From Octopus bimaculoides (lineage: Eukaryota), in contig NC_068981.1 of NCBI RefSeq assembly GCF_001194135.2, positions 49,629,744 through 49,675,865 on the forward strand: DNA of 46,122 bases, read 5' to 3'. Every line of letters begins with the position of its first letter. Positions within the stretch are counted from its first letter, which is position 1. Of the stretch, positions 24,830-37,808 are shown piece after piece. The notes under the pieces are model-generated. The model worked only from the letters and a program-made list of their open reading frames with translations. It searched no databases and was not told where the DNA came from. Both the position numbers and the translations under genes were made by a program.

Positions 24830-26640
24830 TACTTACTGTACGGTTGAAGCCATATCTGAGAGGGACATTATGAACAGTAGTGGTCCCAGAACAGTGCCTT
24901 GTAGAACATCACTCATTGTCATTGGAGGCGGCCCCATTGGTTACTACTACTGCTTGACATCTATCTTTCAGAACGTCATGTAGCCATTCTCCAAGTTTCC
25001 CGACTATGACGAGATCACGCACTTAGTGCCATATCATTCTGGTTGAGTAGCTCTTTCAACAACCAGGCATAGTGCTGTAACAGCTGAGTTAGGCAGTTTC
25101 TTCCTAGTCGGAAAACATGTTGGATGTAAGTCAGCAAGTTATTTTCCTCAAGGAAAGTGATTAGTTTTCTTCTGACTATTCGTTCCATGACCTTGCTGAT
25201 GTGATAGATCAGAGAGATAGGAGTTTAGTTTTCGCCTTTTGCTTGTTTGAAATTTTGACAGTTGCAAGGAAGCACTGGATGAGAAACTGTGGTGGTCTTG
25301 CTAGGACTTGCTTACATGATTTTCGAAGGACTGCTGGGAATCCATTAGGGGCAGTAGCCGAGTTCGAGTTCATCTCATCTATAGCCCTTATTACATCGTC
25401 TTCTTTATATTGATGTAATCAATCATCACTGACCCTTTTTTATATATGTTGTGACGAAAACGTCAGCTGGATTGCTGACTTTCCAGTGTCCTAGAGTGTA
25501 GTGAAGACACTTTTGAATTGGTTATTTAGTGTTCCACTTATCCTCATTGGGTTTTCTTTGAGTGAAGCATCTTTTTCGTGGAGTGGTCCTACCCTGCAGT
25601 GCACTGAGGCTGTATCTTTGGAAAACCTGTACGTAGTAACATGGGGTTAGAATTTTTATTGTCTTTAGCCCAGGCTTCTTTATCTACTTTCATGGGTGAG
25701 TTCCAGATATTTTTCAATTTCCAGCAGCTTTATCTTCAGGTGGGATATTTTACTGCTTTCAATGTTTCTGTTTAGGTGATCTGAATTTTTTGTACACCGT
25801 CTCGTAAGAACTTTCCTCTCCCTTCGGATTTTGTTCATGTTTGGACTGGCCTTTCACTCCGGGACACATTTGTAGCATTTGGCTTGCATTACAGACTTGA
25901 ATTGATGAAGTTTCATGTCGATGTCCATTGAGGAGAGATATTTAGGCCAGTTTTGTTTGAGGTTCTTTTCTCATTTTGTTTCCAGTTTGCATTATGGAAT
26001 TTCAAACTTGAAAGATTTTGAGAAATTTTTGTATGTTGGATATCCATGGTTTCCTTTGGTCTGTACATGATCAGCTCCACCATATTCTGATCGATATTAT
26101 TTGTGAAGCAGAGGTCCAGTATATTATCTGCCATATGTTGGCTGGAGTATTATATGTTCCATGTACAAAGTGTTCATAAGGTTCAGGAGGGACTTCACCT
26201 GTCTTTGTTAGTAACGCGCTATTTCTGGGACAGAAGGGCCCTCAGGCCATCCGACATTTCCCATAAGAAGCACATTTATGTATTGTTCTAATTTAACTAG
26301 AACTTCTATTTTTAGAAGGCAGTCTTTAAACTTGATTCGGAGAATCTGGAGGACGATATATAGTACATATAATTATATCGAGTTATCTTATATGTACAAT
26401 TAGTGAATCAAATACTGAATTTGAGTGTGAGAACAAGAAATGTGGTATGAGATCTTATCGGATTTACATAGCAACTCTACCATCGCTCCTCTCTATTCTG
26501 TCGTTCTGTAATACAACATACTGTGGTATGCGTATTTCTGCATTTGCTATATCTGGATCTAGGTTTGTTTCCGTAAGTGCTATGCATAAGGCTTGATTTC
26601 ATGCAACAAGGTCGCTCACTATTTATCTTTACTTAAGGAC
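24830..26640 (-). mobile_element. CR1-type LINE fragment: APE endonuclease plus N-terminal RT, internally deleted
   Basis: IALTETNLDPDIANAEIRIPQY...DR..RSDGRVA, TIYRPPDS, ILDLCFTNN, LNNQFKSVFT, HISKVMERIVRRKLITFLEEN, VLQGTVLGPLLFIM. Confidence 0.88.
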
Positions 26641-27696
26641 ATGCATCTCCGTGTATCAATATTATCATATATTGATACATATATTTGTACATATATAGAT
26701 ATCGTAAATATATATATATATANNNNNNNNNNNNNNNNNNNNNNNNNNNNNNNNNNNNNNNNNNNNNNNNNNNNNNNNNNNNNNNNNNNNNNNNNNNNNN
26801 NNNNNNNNNNNNNNNNNNNNNNNNNNNNNNNNNNNNNNNNNNNNNNNNNNNNNNNNNNNNNNNNNNNNNNNNNNNNNNNNNNNNNNNNNNNNNNNNNNNN
26901 NNNNNNNNNNNNNNNNNNNNNNNNNNNNNNNNNNNNNNNNNNNNNNNNNNNNNNNNNNNNNNNNNNNNNNNNNNNNNNNNNNNNNNNNNNNNNNNNNNNN
27001 NNNNNNNNNNNNNNNNNNNNNNNNNNNNNNNNNNNNNNNNNNNNNNNNNNNNNNNNNNNNNNNNNNNNNNNNNNNNNNNNNNNNNNNNNNNNNNNNNNNN
27101 NNNNNNNNNNNNNNNNNNNNNNNNNNNNNNNNNNNNNNNNNNNNNNNNNNNNNNNNNNNNNNNNNNNNNNNNNNNNNNNNNNNNNNNNNNNNNNNNNNNN
27201 NNNNNNNNNNNNNNNNNNNNNNNNNNNNNNNNNNNNNNNNNNNNNNNNNNNNNNNNNNNNNNNNNNNNNNNNNNNNNNNNNNNNNNNNNNNNNNNNNNNN
27301 NNNNNNNNNNNNNNNNNNNNNNNNNNNNNNNNNNNNNNNNNNNNNNNNNNNNNNNNNNNNNNNNNNNNNNNNNNNNNNNNNNNNNNNNNNNNNNNNNNNN
27401 NNNNNNNNNNNNNNNNNNNNNNNNNNNNNNNNNNNNNNNNNNNNNNNNNNNNNNNNNNNNNNNNNNNNNNNNNNNNNNNNNNNNNNNNNNNNNNNNNNNN
27501 NNNNNNNNNNNNNNNNNNNNNNNNNNNNNNNNNNNNNNNNNNNNNNNNNNNNNNNNNNNNNNNNNNNNNNNNNNNNNNNNNNNNNNNNNNNNNNNNNNNN
27601 NNNNNNNNNNNNNNNNNNNNNNNNNNNNNNNNNNNNNNNNNNNNNNNNNNNNNNNNNNNNNNNNNNNNNNNNNNNNNNNNNNNNNNNNNNNNNNNN

Positions 27697-27733
<37 letters not shown>

Positions 27734-28079
27734 CTATTCTGAGACGATTATAAATTTATTATCAAATCAAAAACGCACTGGAGTTTCGTCATCTTAATTT
27801 ACAATATAATTGAAAGTTTATCACTGTGCATGAAGGAATTATTGCTTATACGTGCATGAATGCTTTATTCAAATAGATATTTTTTGGGGTTTCTATATAT
27901 GTGTAAATCTATGTCTGCGCAATTAGTGACCTATGAAATAAGGGCATATACATTTTTCTCTGAATTCCTCTATCACAACATTCTTTAATATGCATGATTT
28001 TCCAAACGTTAATATGCAATGAATTTTAGAAGAGCTTATATGGGCATATGTGAATCTGATAGGTTTGCACAATACTCTT

Positions 28080-28250
28080 AGCGGTATGTCGACAGAAAAT
28101 AAGCGCTGTGTTCTGTTTCCTCCGGTATTCACTTTGCCTTTCATTAATCAAGGCTCCATAAAGTGCTTTGCAAATATTGGAGTCAATTTTATCGACAAAT
28201 TATATACTCTCAAAATTGTTGTCCTAGTGCTTAGCGTAGGAGGTAAGAAA
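28080..28250 (+). mobile_element. Highly diverged SINE fragment
   Basis: CACTTTGCCTTTCAT...ATCGACAA...CAAAATTGTTGTCCTAGTGC resembles the 37400 family. Confidence 0.45.
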
Positions 28251-28480
28251 CCTAGACTTTTGCCTATTGTATGATGCTATAAATATATAAAAATTATTTT
28301 TTTGCATAATTACAAGGTGAATAAAATTTGCAATTGTCTCCAAATGATTTATATTGAAAGTAAAACATCACTTTATTTCAAGGAAAGTAAAAGCGATGTC
28401 CAAAATTATAAAATGTAAACATCTAAATGAATATTGTATTAATACTACGGATGTATATTTACCAATTTCATAAACATATA

Positions 28481-28886
28481 GGCGTAGGAGTGGCTGTGTG
28501 GTAAGTAGCTTGCTTACCAACCACATGGTCCCGGGTTCAGTCCCACTGCGTGGCATCTTGGGCAAGTGTCTTCTACTATAGCCTCGGGCCGACCAAAGCC
28601 TTGTGAGTGGATTTGGTAGACGGAAACTGAAAGAAGCCCGTCGTATATATGTATATATATGTATGTATGTGTTTGTGTGTCTGTGTTTGCCCCCCCCCCA
28701 ACATCGCTTGACAACCGATGCTGGTGTGTTTATGTCCCCGTAACTTAGCGGTTCGGCAAAAGAGACCGATAGAATAAGTACTAGGCTTCTAAAGAATATG
28801 TCCTGGGGTCGATTTGCTCGACTAAAGGCGGTGCTCCAGCATGGCCGCAGTTAAAAGACTGAAACAAGTAAAAGAGTAAAAGAGTA
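28481..28886 (+). mobile_element. Full-length tRNA-derived SINE (octopus-type)
   Basis: Pol III A-box-like TGGCTGTGTGG (28491-28501) and B-box-like GGTTCAGTCCC (28534-28544). Internal (TA/TG) tract. Tandem (AGTAAAAG) tail. Confidence 0.9.
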
Positions 28887-29609
28887 TCTACATATATTTC
28901 ATGCTCTAACTCGAGGCTTATATAATGCTCAATTTCCTATTTATAATCATTAATATACTTCATCTTCCTATTTCTCTTAGATGCTTTCTAAGGCGATTCT
29001 TTCCATAGTGTGTTGCATTAAATTTCTGCTAGAACGTAAGGAGAAATACGGTATAAATATTTACGCGAAATGGGAAATGTGTTAGATGGGAAGACAGAAC
29101 TTTTTGATATGTGTTGCTATGTCGCTTTCTGTGTCCTAGACAAACTTCCAACGAATGAACAATATATTTTCAACTGAAGCTCATAAAATAAATACAAATT
29201 ACATACTAGCTAAATCAATCGACTGTATCCAAGCATAAACTGTGTTAGAAATCAATATCATATATTCACTAGATATTATAAGTGATTGTCAAATGGTTAG
29301 TGGAATATTATATTTCGTCGCAACAATTTACGAATTGATGAAGTAACTCTATCAATTTGAACGATTATGAATTATCGTTGCAAACATATTCATTCACGGA
29401 TTTTCGAAATCTAGTTGACTCATTTGCTATTATTACATTTGGTATATTACTTTATATTACTTTAATGATGTATTAATTACGATGGATATCTGTGCTCTTG
29501 TATAGCATTACGTGTTTACACTATTCTATCAATTACTTGCACATTATTTGTATGTAAGTTTGTATATGTGTCCCTAACAATATTCATAAATATTCTTTCC
29601 TTGTTTTGA

Positions 29610-31430
29610 GGACAATGTCCCACTAGAAATTAACATAATACTTAATGCCTACAAAACCCTTATTTCTTTTGAAAACAAACTCTAGTGACGGACCAGTCAC
29701 CATAATAATAACCATAGCAATCTATTCGATAGCCATGGGATCATCTGATTCAGCTCAGGTCACTGACTTAGTTGGGCTATATATACTACATTAGCTCCAT
29801 ATACATTTCCCTAATATCAAGGGAGGCATATACAGGAACGGCGTTTTACTAGCTACCAAAAGCATAAATAAATCCTCCTTAGAAAGAACTAGAAAAGATC
29901 TACATAGATTCTTCTATAACCTAAAGGTATCTATCACATTCGAAAACGCCCACAAAACCGCTAACTTTCTTGATACAACTCTAAACTTATCAACCTCCCA
30001 ATACTCCCCTTACCACAAACCGAACCAATATCTTAAATACGTTAACATCCACTCCAATCATTACAAATCCACTTTCGATAACATAATTAAGGGCATCTCA
30101 ACCCGCATACCCAACCTCTCTTTCACTGTGGACATTTCAAGAATCATGTAACATATAATTAAGCACTCTCCGCTAGCGGCTTTTCCCAACAAATAGAGTA
30201 CCTCCATAACACCAGGCTCAGGCAATACATATCTCAAATCACATCTCAAACACGCACCAACCATCACAATTGCAACCAACCATACACTCATCGATGGAAC
30301 CCCGGAAGGTCTTACACCTGGACACCCTAGACTACAAACACGTTCATTTGACACTAGGTCAAAAACGAAAACAACTAAAGCAGCTAACATCAACAGGCCT
30401 CACCACTCACATACATTCTCCAAAACTATAGATAGCATTTCTTTATCTAAAAACTTAGATAGCACTACTCCCAGGCCCACTAAAAAGTAGCGGACGCTCT
30501 GTTCTGTGGTATACATCCCTATTCTCACTTAACGTTAAGAACTTAGCTAAATCATTCTCTAAAATACTAGACTCTTACTTCCCCCGGCAACATAAATATC
30601 ATTCTATCTTTAATCGATCCACCCTGAAACTATCTTATTCCACCCCATCCAACTTCGAATCTATTGTAGCAGCCTCTAATAAGCAAAAGCTTTCTCTTTA
30701 CTATAAAAGCTCACATAATCACAACTCTAGTCATTCGAACACTCAACACTCACACAGCTCCAGCACAGATAACCTTACATTAGACCACAACCATCACCCA
30801 ACCCATCCTACGGATACTGCCCGGCACACCACCACAATCTCTACCACCCTTACTAATAGTACAATTAACAACAACAATAGTAATAATAACAATGATGGTA
30901 ATGATAACGTTAATAATACTAACAATCTAGAATTGTCTACACCTTCTCTAACCTCTCCTCTGACGATATTAACTCCTCTATTCCTGAACACATTCCCCAA
31001 AGTTCACCTAATTGTAATTGCCGACCTGCAACAATCTGCCCGTTACAAACCCATTGCAGAAGATATAATGTAATTTACAAATGCACTGTCCTTAATCTAT
31101 TACACAACTCTACAGTCATATACATAGGATCAACCAAAAATCTTAAGCAACGATATGCTGCTCCCCTACCATTCTTTTAGATACAATAAACATAGTAAAT
31201 CTACAACACTCACCAACCACATACATCATCCCAAAAATACAAATATACCTTACACTCTATCATGGTCCATACTGGATTCAGGGCTTCCCAACCTGCAAGT
31301 ACAACTCTCCAGCACTGCTAAATAAACATAACGAGGCACTAAGCACAAGCAACCTCCGCTTGTTTAACACATTGAAATTCTACCACAAATCCAAATGCCT
31401 AAACGACCATACAGTATATTTCCATATACC
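29610..31430 (+). mobile_element. Penelope-like element, 5'-truncated: RT core/thumb, low-complexity linker and GIY-YIG endonuclease (pseudogenised)
   Basis: AMGSSDSAQVTDLVG...GIYRNG, NFLDTTLNL...PYHKPN...YVN.HSNH, VLWY..LFSLNVKN...IFNRSTLKLSYS, CNCRPATICPL...VIYKC...IYIGST. Several stops and frameshifts. Confidence 0.92.
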
Positions 31431-32559
31431 CCTTAGGTAATATCAATAACCTGATAAATCTATATTCTAACTCCAAATCTAACTCATACTCGAATGTCAC
31501 AACCATCTAATTATATTCGTGTATATGAGTCCATTTACATATGCGTGTATATGTATGTGTGCGTATGTGTGTATGTGTGTTTGTGTGAGTGTATGTATGT
31601 ATTCAAGGTATATATACCAGCGTGTATAGCGTCAATAATATATACAGATGCACGTATATATGGGTATGCATGTATACTTATACATATGAGTACGAGTTGT
31701 ATATATAGATATTGATATGTATAAATATCTCTCTCTCTCTCTCTCTNNNNNNNNNNNNNNNNNNNNNNNNNNNNNNNNNNNNNNNNNNNNNNNNNNNNNN
31801 NNNNNNNNNNNNNNNNNNNNNNNNNNNNNNNNNNNNNNNNNNNNNNNNNNNNNNNNNNNNNNNNNNNNNNNNNNNNNNNNNNNNNNNNNNNNNNNNNNNN
31901 NNNNNNNNNNNNNNNNNNNNNNNNNNNNNNNNNNNNNNNNNNNNNNNNNNNNNNNNNNNNNNATATATATACATGTCTAATATATGCATCTGTTTGCATC
32001 TTCACGTATATACTTTCTTCTACTACTAAGCACTGACCTGTCCAACAATCTAATCTATATTCCGAAATTTTCCCTTCCGCCATATTACTACCCCTCTCTC
32101 TGCTCCACCATTTAGTCTCTTTCACTAGATAACTGACACTTCTTTACCTTTTACAATATTATACCTCTCTCTCTCTATTACCCACCTCATTCCTTCTATC
32201 TGACACTCATTTACTCTTTACCCTATTGTCTTTTTAGACGCTAATACATTTCCCTCCCTATCACCTTAATCTCACCACTTCTACTTTCAAGTTATCTTAA
32301 CTAACCACTAACTGGTACACTTTCCTTGTCTTCATCTCTGTATTATCGCTCCTTTTTTCTTCTTTCTTTCTTTACTTTATTCTTCTCTTCCCGTTTTTTT
32401 TCTTTTTCTCTTTTTCTTCTTTATTCTTCTCTTTTTTTCTCTTTTCTTTATTCCTCTCTTCCTGTTTTCGATTTGACGTTACAAATACACTCCCTAATTT
32501 TAGGTCACTTTAAATAAAACCCTCGATTCAATAGCACTATGTACAAACTCTATACCTCG

Positions 32560-32655
32560 AATGACCAATTTTAAATACTATTGGAATTTACAATGACCAA
32601 TTTTAAATACTATTGGAATTTACAATGACCAATTTTAAATACTTTTGTAATTTAC
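32560..32655. repeat. 3 x 32 bp tandem repeat
   Basis: AATGACCAATTTTAAATACTATTGGAATTTAC twice exactly; the third unit has two substitutions. Confidence 0.95.
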
Positions 32656-32815
32656 TCACAAGGTATTGGAATCTTATATGTATACCATTCTGCCTAAATA
32701 ATGGATCTACAAATGCAATATCCCTGCATATCTCACATCTATTTTCATTCCTCCACTTCACTCTCTATTTCGTATCTTATCAAAATTAACTATTGCTTAA
32801 TCATTTTCTCACACC

Positions 32816-32863
32816 GTCTCCGATGAAGGGATATGATAAATATCCTGGAAACAACTGTAAGAC
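32816..32863 (+). ncRNA. Minimal type I hammerhead ribozyme-like motif (CCGAUGA core)
   Basis: GUCU-CCGAUGA-a-GGGAUAU(GAUAA)AUAUCCU-g-GAAAC-AACU-GUA-AGAC. Stems I, II and III are all formable. Confidence 0.7.
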
Positions 32864-33080
32864 CTTCTACTTATAAATGTTCTAAAATCTTCACACCCTT
32901 GGTTTTTTTATCTCATTCTGAATTTTTTTTTGTTATATATACACATACTAATATATGACCTAAGTTGAACTCCTTATTCGCATAATCACAGAACCTGGAG
33001 TTTAACTATGGTCTATCCATAGCACTTACTCAGCATTACCTGATACCTTTGGGTCTTATTGACACCGTTACCTCTTATAG

Positions 33081-33112
<32 letters not shown>

Positions 33113-33951
33113 NNNNNNNNNNNNNNNNNNNNNNNNNNNNNNNNNNNNNNNNNNNNNNNNNNNNNNNNNNNNNNNNNNNNNNNNNNNNNNNNNNNNNNNN
33201 NNNNNNNNNNNNNNNNNNNNNNNNNNNNNNNNNNNNNNNNNNNNNNNNNNNNNNNNNNNNNNNNNNNNNNNNNNNNNNNNNNNNNNNNNNNNNNNNNNNN
33301 NNNNNNNNNNNNNNNNNNNNNNNNNNNNNNNNNNNNNNNNNNNNNNNNNNNNNNNNNNNNNNNNNNNNNNNNNNNNNNNNNNNNNNNNNNNNNNNNNNNN
33401 NNNNNNNNNNNNNNNNNNNNNNNNNNNNNNNNNNNNNNNNNNNNNNNNNNNNNNNNNNNNNNNNNNNNNNNNNNNNNNNNNNNNNNNNNNNNNNNNNNNN
33501 NNNNNNNNNNNNNNNNNNNNNNNNNNNNNNNNNNNNNNNNNNNNNNNNNNNNNNNNNNNNNNNNNNNNNNNNNNNNNNNNNNNNNNNNNNNNNNNNNNNN
33601 NNNNNNNNNNNNNNNNNNNNNNNNNNNNNNNNNNNNNNNNNNNNNNNNNNNNNNNNNNNNNNNNNNNNNNNNNNNNNNNNNNNNNNNNNNNNNNNNNNNN
33701 NNNNNNNNNNNNNNNNNNNNNNNNNNNNNNNNNNNNNNNNNNNNNNNNNNNNNNNNNNNNNNNNNNNNNNNNNNNNNNNNNNNNNNNNNNNNNNNNNNNN
33801 NNNNNNNNNNNNNNNNNNNNNNNNNNNNNNNNNNNNNNNNNNNNNNNNNNNNNNNNNNNNNNNNNNNNNNNNNNNNNNNNNNNNNNNNTATATATATATA
33901 TATATATATCTATATATCTATATATACATATATATATGTATATATATATAT

Positions 33952-34148
33952 GCGAGTAAAAATAAATACAAAAAAGGTGTTTTTTTTGTATGATTGTGTA
34001 TAGAGGAATATATTATTTTGTTTAAAAGAGTTCCAACACTGTCTGTTTTTTACGTTTTATTTATATTCCTGCAGAACCATTGGTTCTGCAGGAATATAAA
34101 TAAAACATAAAAAACACAATGTTGGAACTCTTTTAAACAAAATAATAT
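33952..34148. mobile_element. Truncated copy of the 21148 repeat with a fold-back inversion
   Basis: Arms 34010-34079 and 34081-34148 are reverse complements with about three differences, centred on T34080. Confidence 0.85.
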
Positions 34149-35039
34149 GTATATATATATATATATGTATGTATGTATATATGTATATATGTATATGCTG
34201 ACATGCATATATACACGTATATAATTTGTATATGTATACGTACATACATACACACACGCAAACACACACACATATATGTATTCATATGCACACGTGTCTC
34301 TTTGCTTATGCATATGTGTTTGAATGTGTGTGCATTCGTCTATGTACGTGTACCTGTGTTTGCTTGTGTAAAAATATAGAGACAATAAATGCTTGTTGAA
34401 ATACAGATCAAACCACTTTAAAGTGCAATGCGTATGTTGATAAGAGATGCATAGAACGTCAGTGTATTTTGTATTGGCTGTTCAAGTGTTTTAAGTGTCG
34501 TTAAATGCTGAGAAGAAATGCCTATTTATATTTGATCAATATCTTCGCGCTCGCTTCTGAAGATTTTTCAAGTTCCTTATTGTATTATTGCCTAATTATA
34601 CAGTTGCATATTCGGTTTTTCTGTTGTTTTTTTTTTTCAATACATGCTGTGTTCATTGGAATTATTTTTGAGCTTCCATACAAACAATATCAATAAAATT
34701 AAAGTCTCATTTGCGTACGTATTAATGCCTATATTCTAGAGAAGGGGTAAACAGAATGAAACGTGTAAGTGAATAGTATTTGTGTCAGTTTCTTATGTCA
34801 AGCCTACTTTTCTTTTCTCTTTCAGCGTTTCCACAGTATTTTTCTTCCACATAGTTACGCTTTCTTCAGTCATCTCTCTCTCTCTCACATACACACACAC
34901 ACACGCACGCACCCCCCCAGCGCGCGCACACACACAAAGACATATATATCTTCTACCATATACGTAAGTAATTTGGTTCAAGTCGATTTGCGACCGAGTA
35001 GGAACACTACTTCAGCGTATTTCATTCTAAGAAGCAATT

Positions 35040-35530
35040 TACCTTCGGTTTCCCATTACTGATGAAGACTCATCTGCTTCCTAAAGTATACAGGGAACTT
35101 CTAAAATCATTCCACATTGTTTATAAGTTAGTTTTTCTACCTGCCTATCTAGATGTTGGGATTTATAATACCGAATGAGTGCACTCAGTATATATCTTTT
35201 GAGATGTGTCTTTAAGATTGCCGTTGAGACGATTGAATTGCTTCCACTGGGGACGTTTACATTGCTCCTTATCGCCATACAACACCAGTTTCGCCACGCA
35301 GTTGTGCTCTATACGGTCATGATGACCAGACCAAGTTGAACTTTCATTATCAGAAAGTCGATACTTATCGCTTTTATCATATGTAGTGCTCTTGAATCAG
35401 CACATGAGATCATCATCATATATTGAGGATATTACGCAAGCATCGCTGCTGGAATTGTTCGAAACGCTGGTCGGTTATCCTGGTCTCTCCTCCATTCAGT
35501 AGCGCTGTTGACACACACCTGTTAGACATG
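35040..35530 (-). mobile_element. RTE-type LINE C-terminal fragment
   Basis: CVSTALLNGGET...FEQFQQRCLRNILNI and WSGHHDRIE..CVAKLVLYGD..QCKRP..KQFNRL...LK match the RTE C-terminal consensus. Confidence 0.75.
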
Positions 35531-35584
35531 AACTTAATTATTGCTTTTATATCTGATTGCGATCAGAGCCTCGACAGAACCTTT

Positions 35585-35585
<1 letters not shown>

Positions 35586-35662
<77 letters not shown>

Positions 35663-35700
35663 ACACACATACACACCCACACACACAAACACACACACAT
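35586..35700. repeat. (CA)n microsatellite
   Basis: Direct reading of the sequence. Confidence 0.95.
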
Positions 35701-36779
35701 AGCGTTCTGTATATCCTATTTAATGTGAATTTGTTGTAGAATGACACGACGCAATTTCAGCATTCATCCCCTTCAAGAGCGTATAAACGTATAGTGATAA
35801 AAATAAAGAATAACAGAAGCAGACGAAATGTCCAGCAGCACCAGTAGTATTTCTGAACCTAATTTTCTCCTTCTATTGTACTGAGTTCAGATCCTTCCAA
35901 ACTTCACCTTCACATTTCCTTTTAGGCTAAATAAGAAAAAAGGTTGAACTAGGGTCGAAAGAATCGTAACTGCAGCAGATGGGATGCTTTTACTTATCTG
36001 TTCAAAATCTTTGACTTCTATGCTCAAAACTACCCGTCCTCTGTATATGATAAACTGTACATGTTTCACTGTTTATCAGTACGACGTATTACTTCAAGGC
36101 TTTTAGACATGTCACTATATTCCAAAGCAATCGAATAGGCTCACTGCTTTGAGCATATATTCAGAACCAATCCCTACATTCCATGTAAAGAATCATGCCT
36201 TCCATGTAAATACCATCTCTACCTTCCATCTAAATAATTTGATGAACAGACATACATATTAGACAAGCGCGTGAATATATGTTTGGCAGAAATTATAAGT
36301 GTTTTTGTATATCTATCCCTCGATTTTTTTCCATCTAATATAGATTCATCACGCACATCCTTATAAATATATTATACAATCAGGAAACTAAGAGACAATC
36401 CGTTCTCAATCAAAGTTGGAATAGACAACGGATTTCATTAATGAGATCATGAATGGTGACGAAAGGGTTCTCACGAACTTTATTTACTGACTGATTACGT
36501 GAACGATTAATTAAACAATGGTTTAATTAATTGGCTTAATGACTAACTTGTTGACAAATAATGATGTAATGAAATTATTGTATTTCTTAACATAATGACC
36601 CTCCTGAGATAAAACAGGGAAATAAACTTTGTTGTGGGATGCCAAATAAGCCTGTATAGATGGCTCATCCAGTATCCCTACACCAAATTTTTCTATTTAT
36701 CGTTTCAATGTGATGTTTTTTTTTATTCTTTCGCTTGTTTTGTTATAATATTAAGTGGGGTTTATTGAGGAAAAGAAAT

Positions 36780-37345
36780 TTCGTTGCAGTGTACTTACAT
36801 GTTGTGAATCTGGTGATACGAGTGATTCTGGGGGCACACGTGCATTGTTGAGCAGGAAATATCTCATCGTGTGCGACAGTTTACCACGAACTCTAGTATT
36901 GGACAATTTTGACCGGAAGATGTGTGATCGACTTTACCGAAGGCGTTGCTGAATCTAGAATATATGACATCAGAGATCGAACCTGATCTCAAAGTTTTAA
37001 GGATATCATTGATTTGATGTAAAATCAGTGTTGAACAGTCCCTGACGCAGTGAAAGCTATGCTGGTTGGAATTTAAAAATTGTTACACTCCAAGAAACCA
37101 GTTGCTTTGTTTTCACCACCCTTTCAAATACTTCGATGATATGGGGGTTGAGTGAGACTGGCCGATATTTAACTGTGAGAGACCTGCTGAAGCCCGAGAT
37201 GACATACACATTGGGATACATAAATTGTTTCGGTATAAAGCTTGAGTCTAAAGAATTTCTCCAAGATTCAGTTAGAGCGTATGCAAGTTGGTATATGCAT
37301 TTCTTTAGGATACTAGCAGTGATTCTATCACGGCCCATAGTAGCT
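36780..37345 (-). mobile_element. CR1-type LINE RT N-terminal fragment
   Basis: ORF 37057-37338: GRD.ITASILKKC..QLA..LTESWRNSLDS.FIP...KYRPVSLNPHIIEVFERVV. Further degenerate AFGKVDH and GVPQ motifs downstream. Confidence 0.85.
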
Positions 37346-37399
37346 TAATACTTGATTTGACATATTGCTGCAGTGTTGTCTAATGAGTAAAAATGTCAG

Positions 37400-37591
37400 A
37401 GATATGTTGGATATGCTTAACGGCATTTTGTTCGTCTTAACGTTCTGAGTTCAAATTCTGACGGGGTCGACTTTGCATTTTATCATTTCGGATCGATAAA
37501 ATAATTAACTGTTGAGCGTTGAGTTTGATGTAATCGACTATCCTAATCACCAAAAAATTCCAGGCCTTATACCTATAGTAGAAAGGAATAT
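37400..37591 (+). mobile_element. tRNA-type SINE, 5'-truncated
   Basis: ATGCTTAACGGCATTT...CGTTCTGAGTTCAAATTC (B-box-like)...GTCGACTTTGC...CAGGCCTTATACCTATAGTAGAAAGGAATATT. Confidence 0.8.
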
Positions 37592-37765
37592 TACCTAATC
37601 ATAATTTATTTTCATTCTGTTTGAAGCATGTATATTTGAAACGATCTTTATAATGGAATAAATGCAATATCATCACCTCTATTCTTACATTAGTGTATGC
37701 AGACGTGTATATATCTGTATATATATACATGGATCTATCTCGTACTACACACACACACACACACA

Positions 37766-37808
<43 letters not shown>

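Larger units (their letters stand above)
32000..33085 (+). repeat. 3' UTR / pLTR region of the preceding PLE, interrupted by microsatellite and gap
   Basis: Pyrimidine-rich sequence downstream of the GIY-YIG region with a sense-strand hammerhead-like motif. Confidence 0.6.

Noticed and set aside
28481-28560. tRNA-like A and B boxes
   Set aside because: SINE head; no complete cloverleaf, and it continues into the SINE body.
32560-32655. Repeats of CRISPR-like length (32 bp; also the 29 bp pair at 43763)
   Set aside because: No unique spacers, no cas genes, eukaryotic context.
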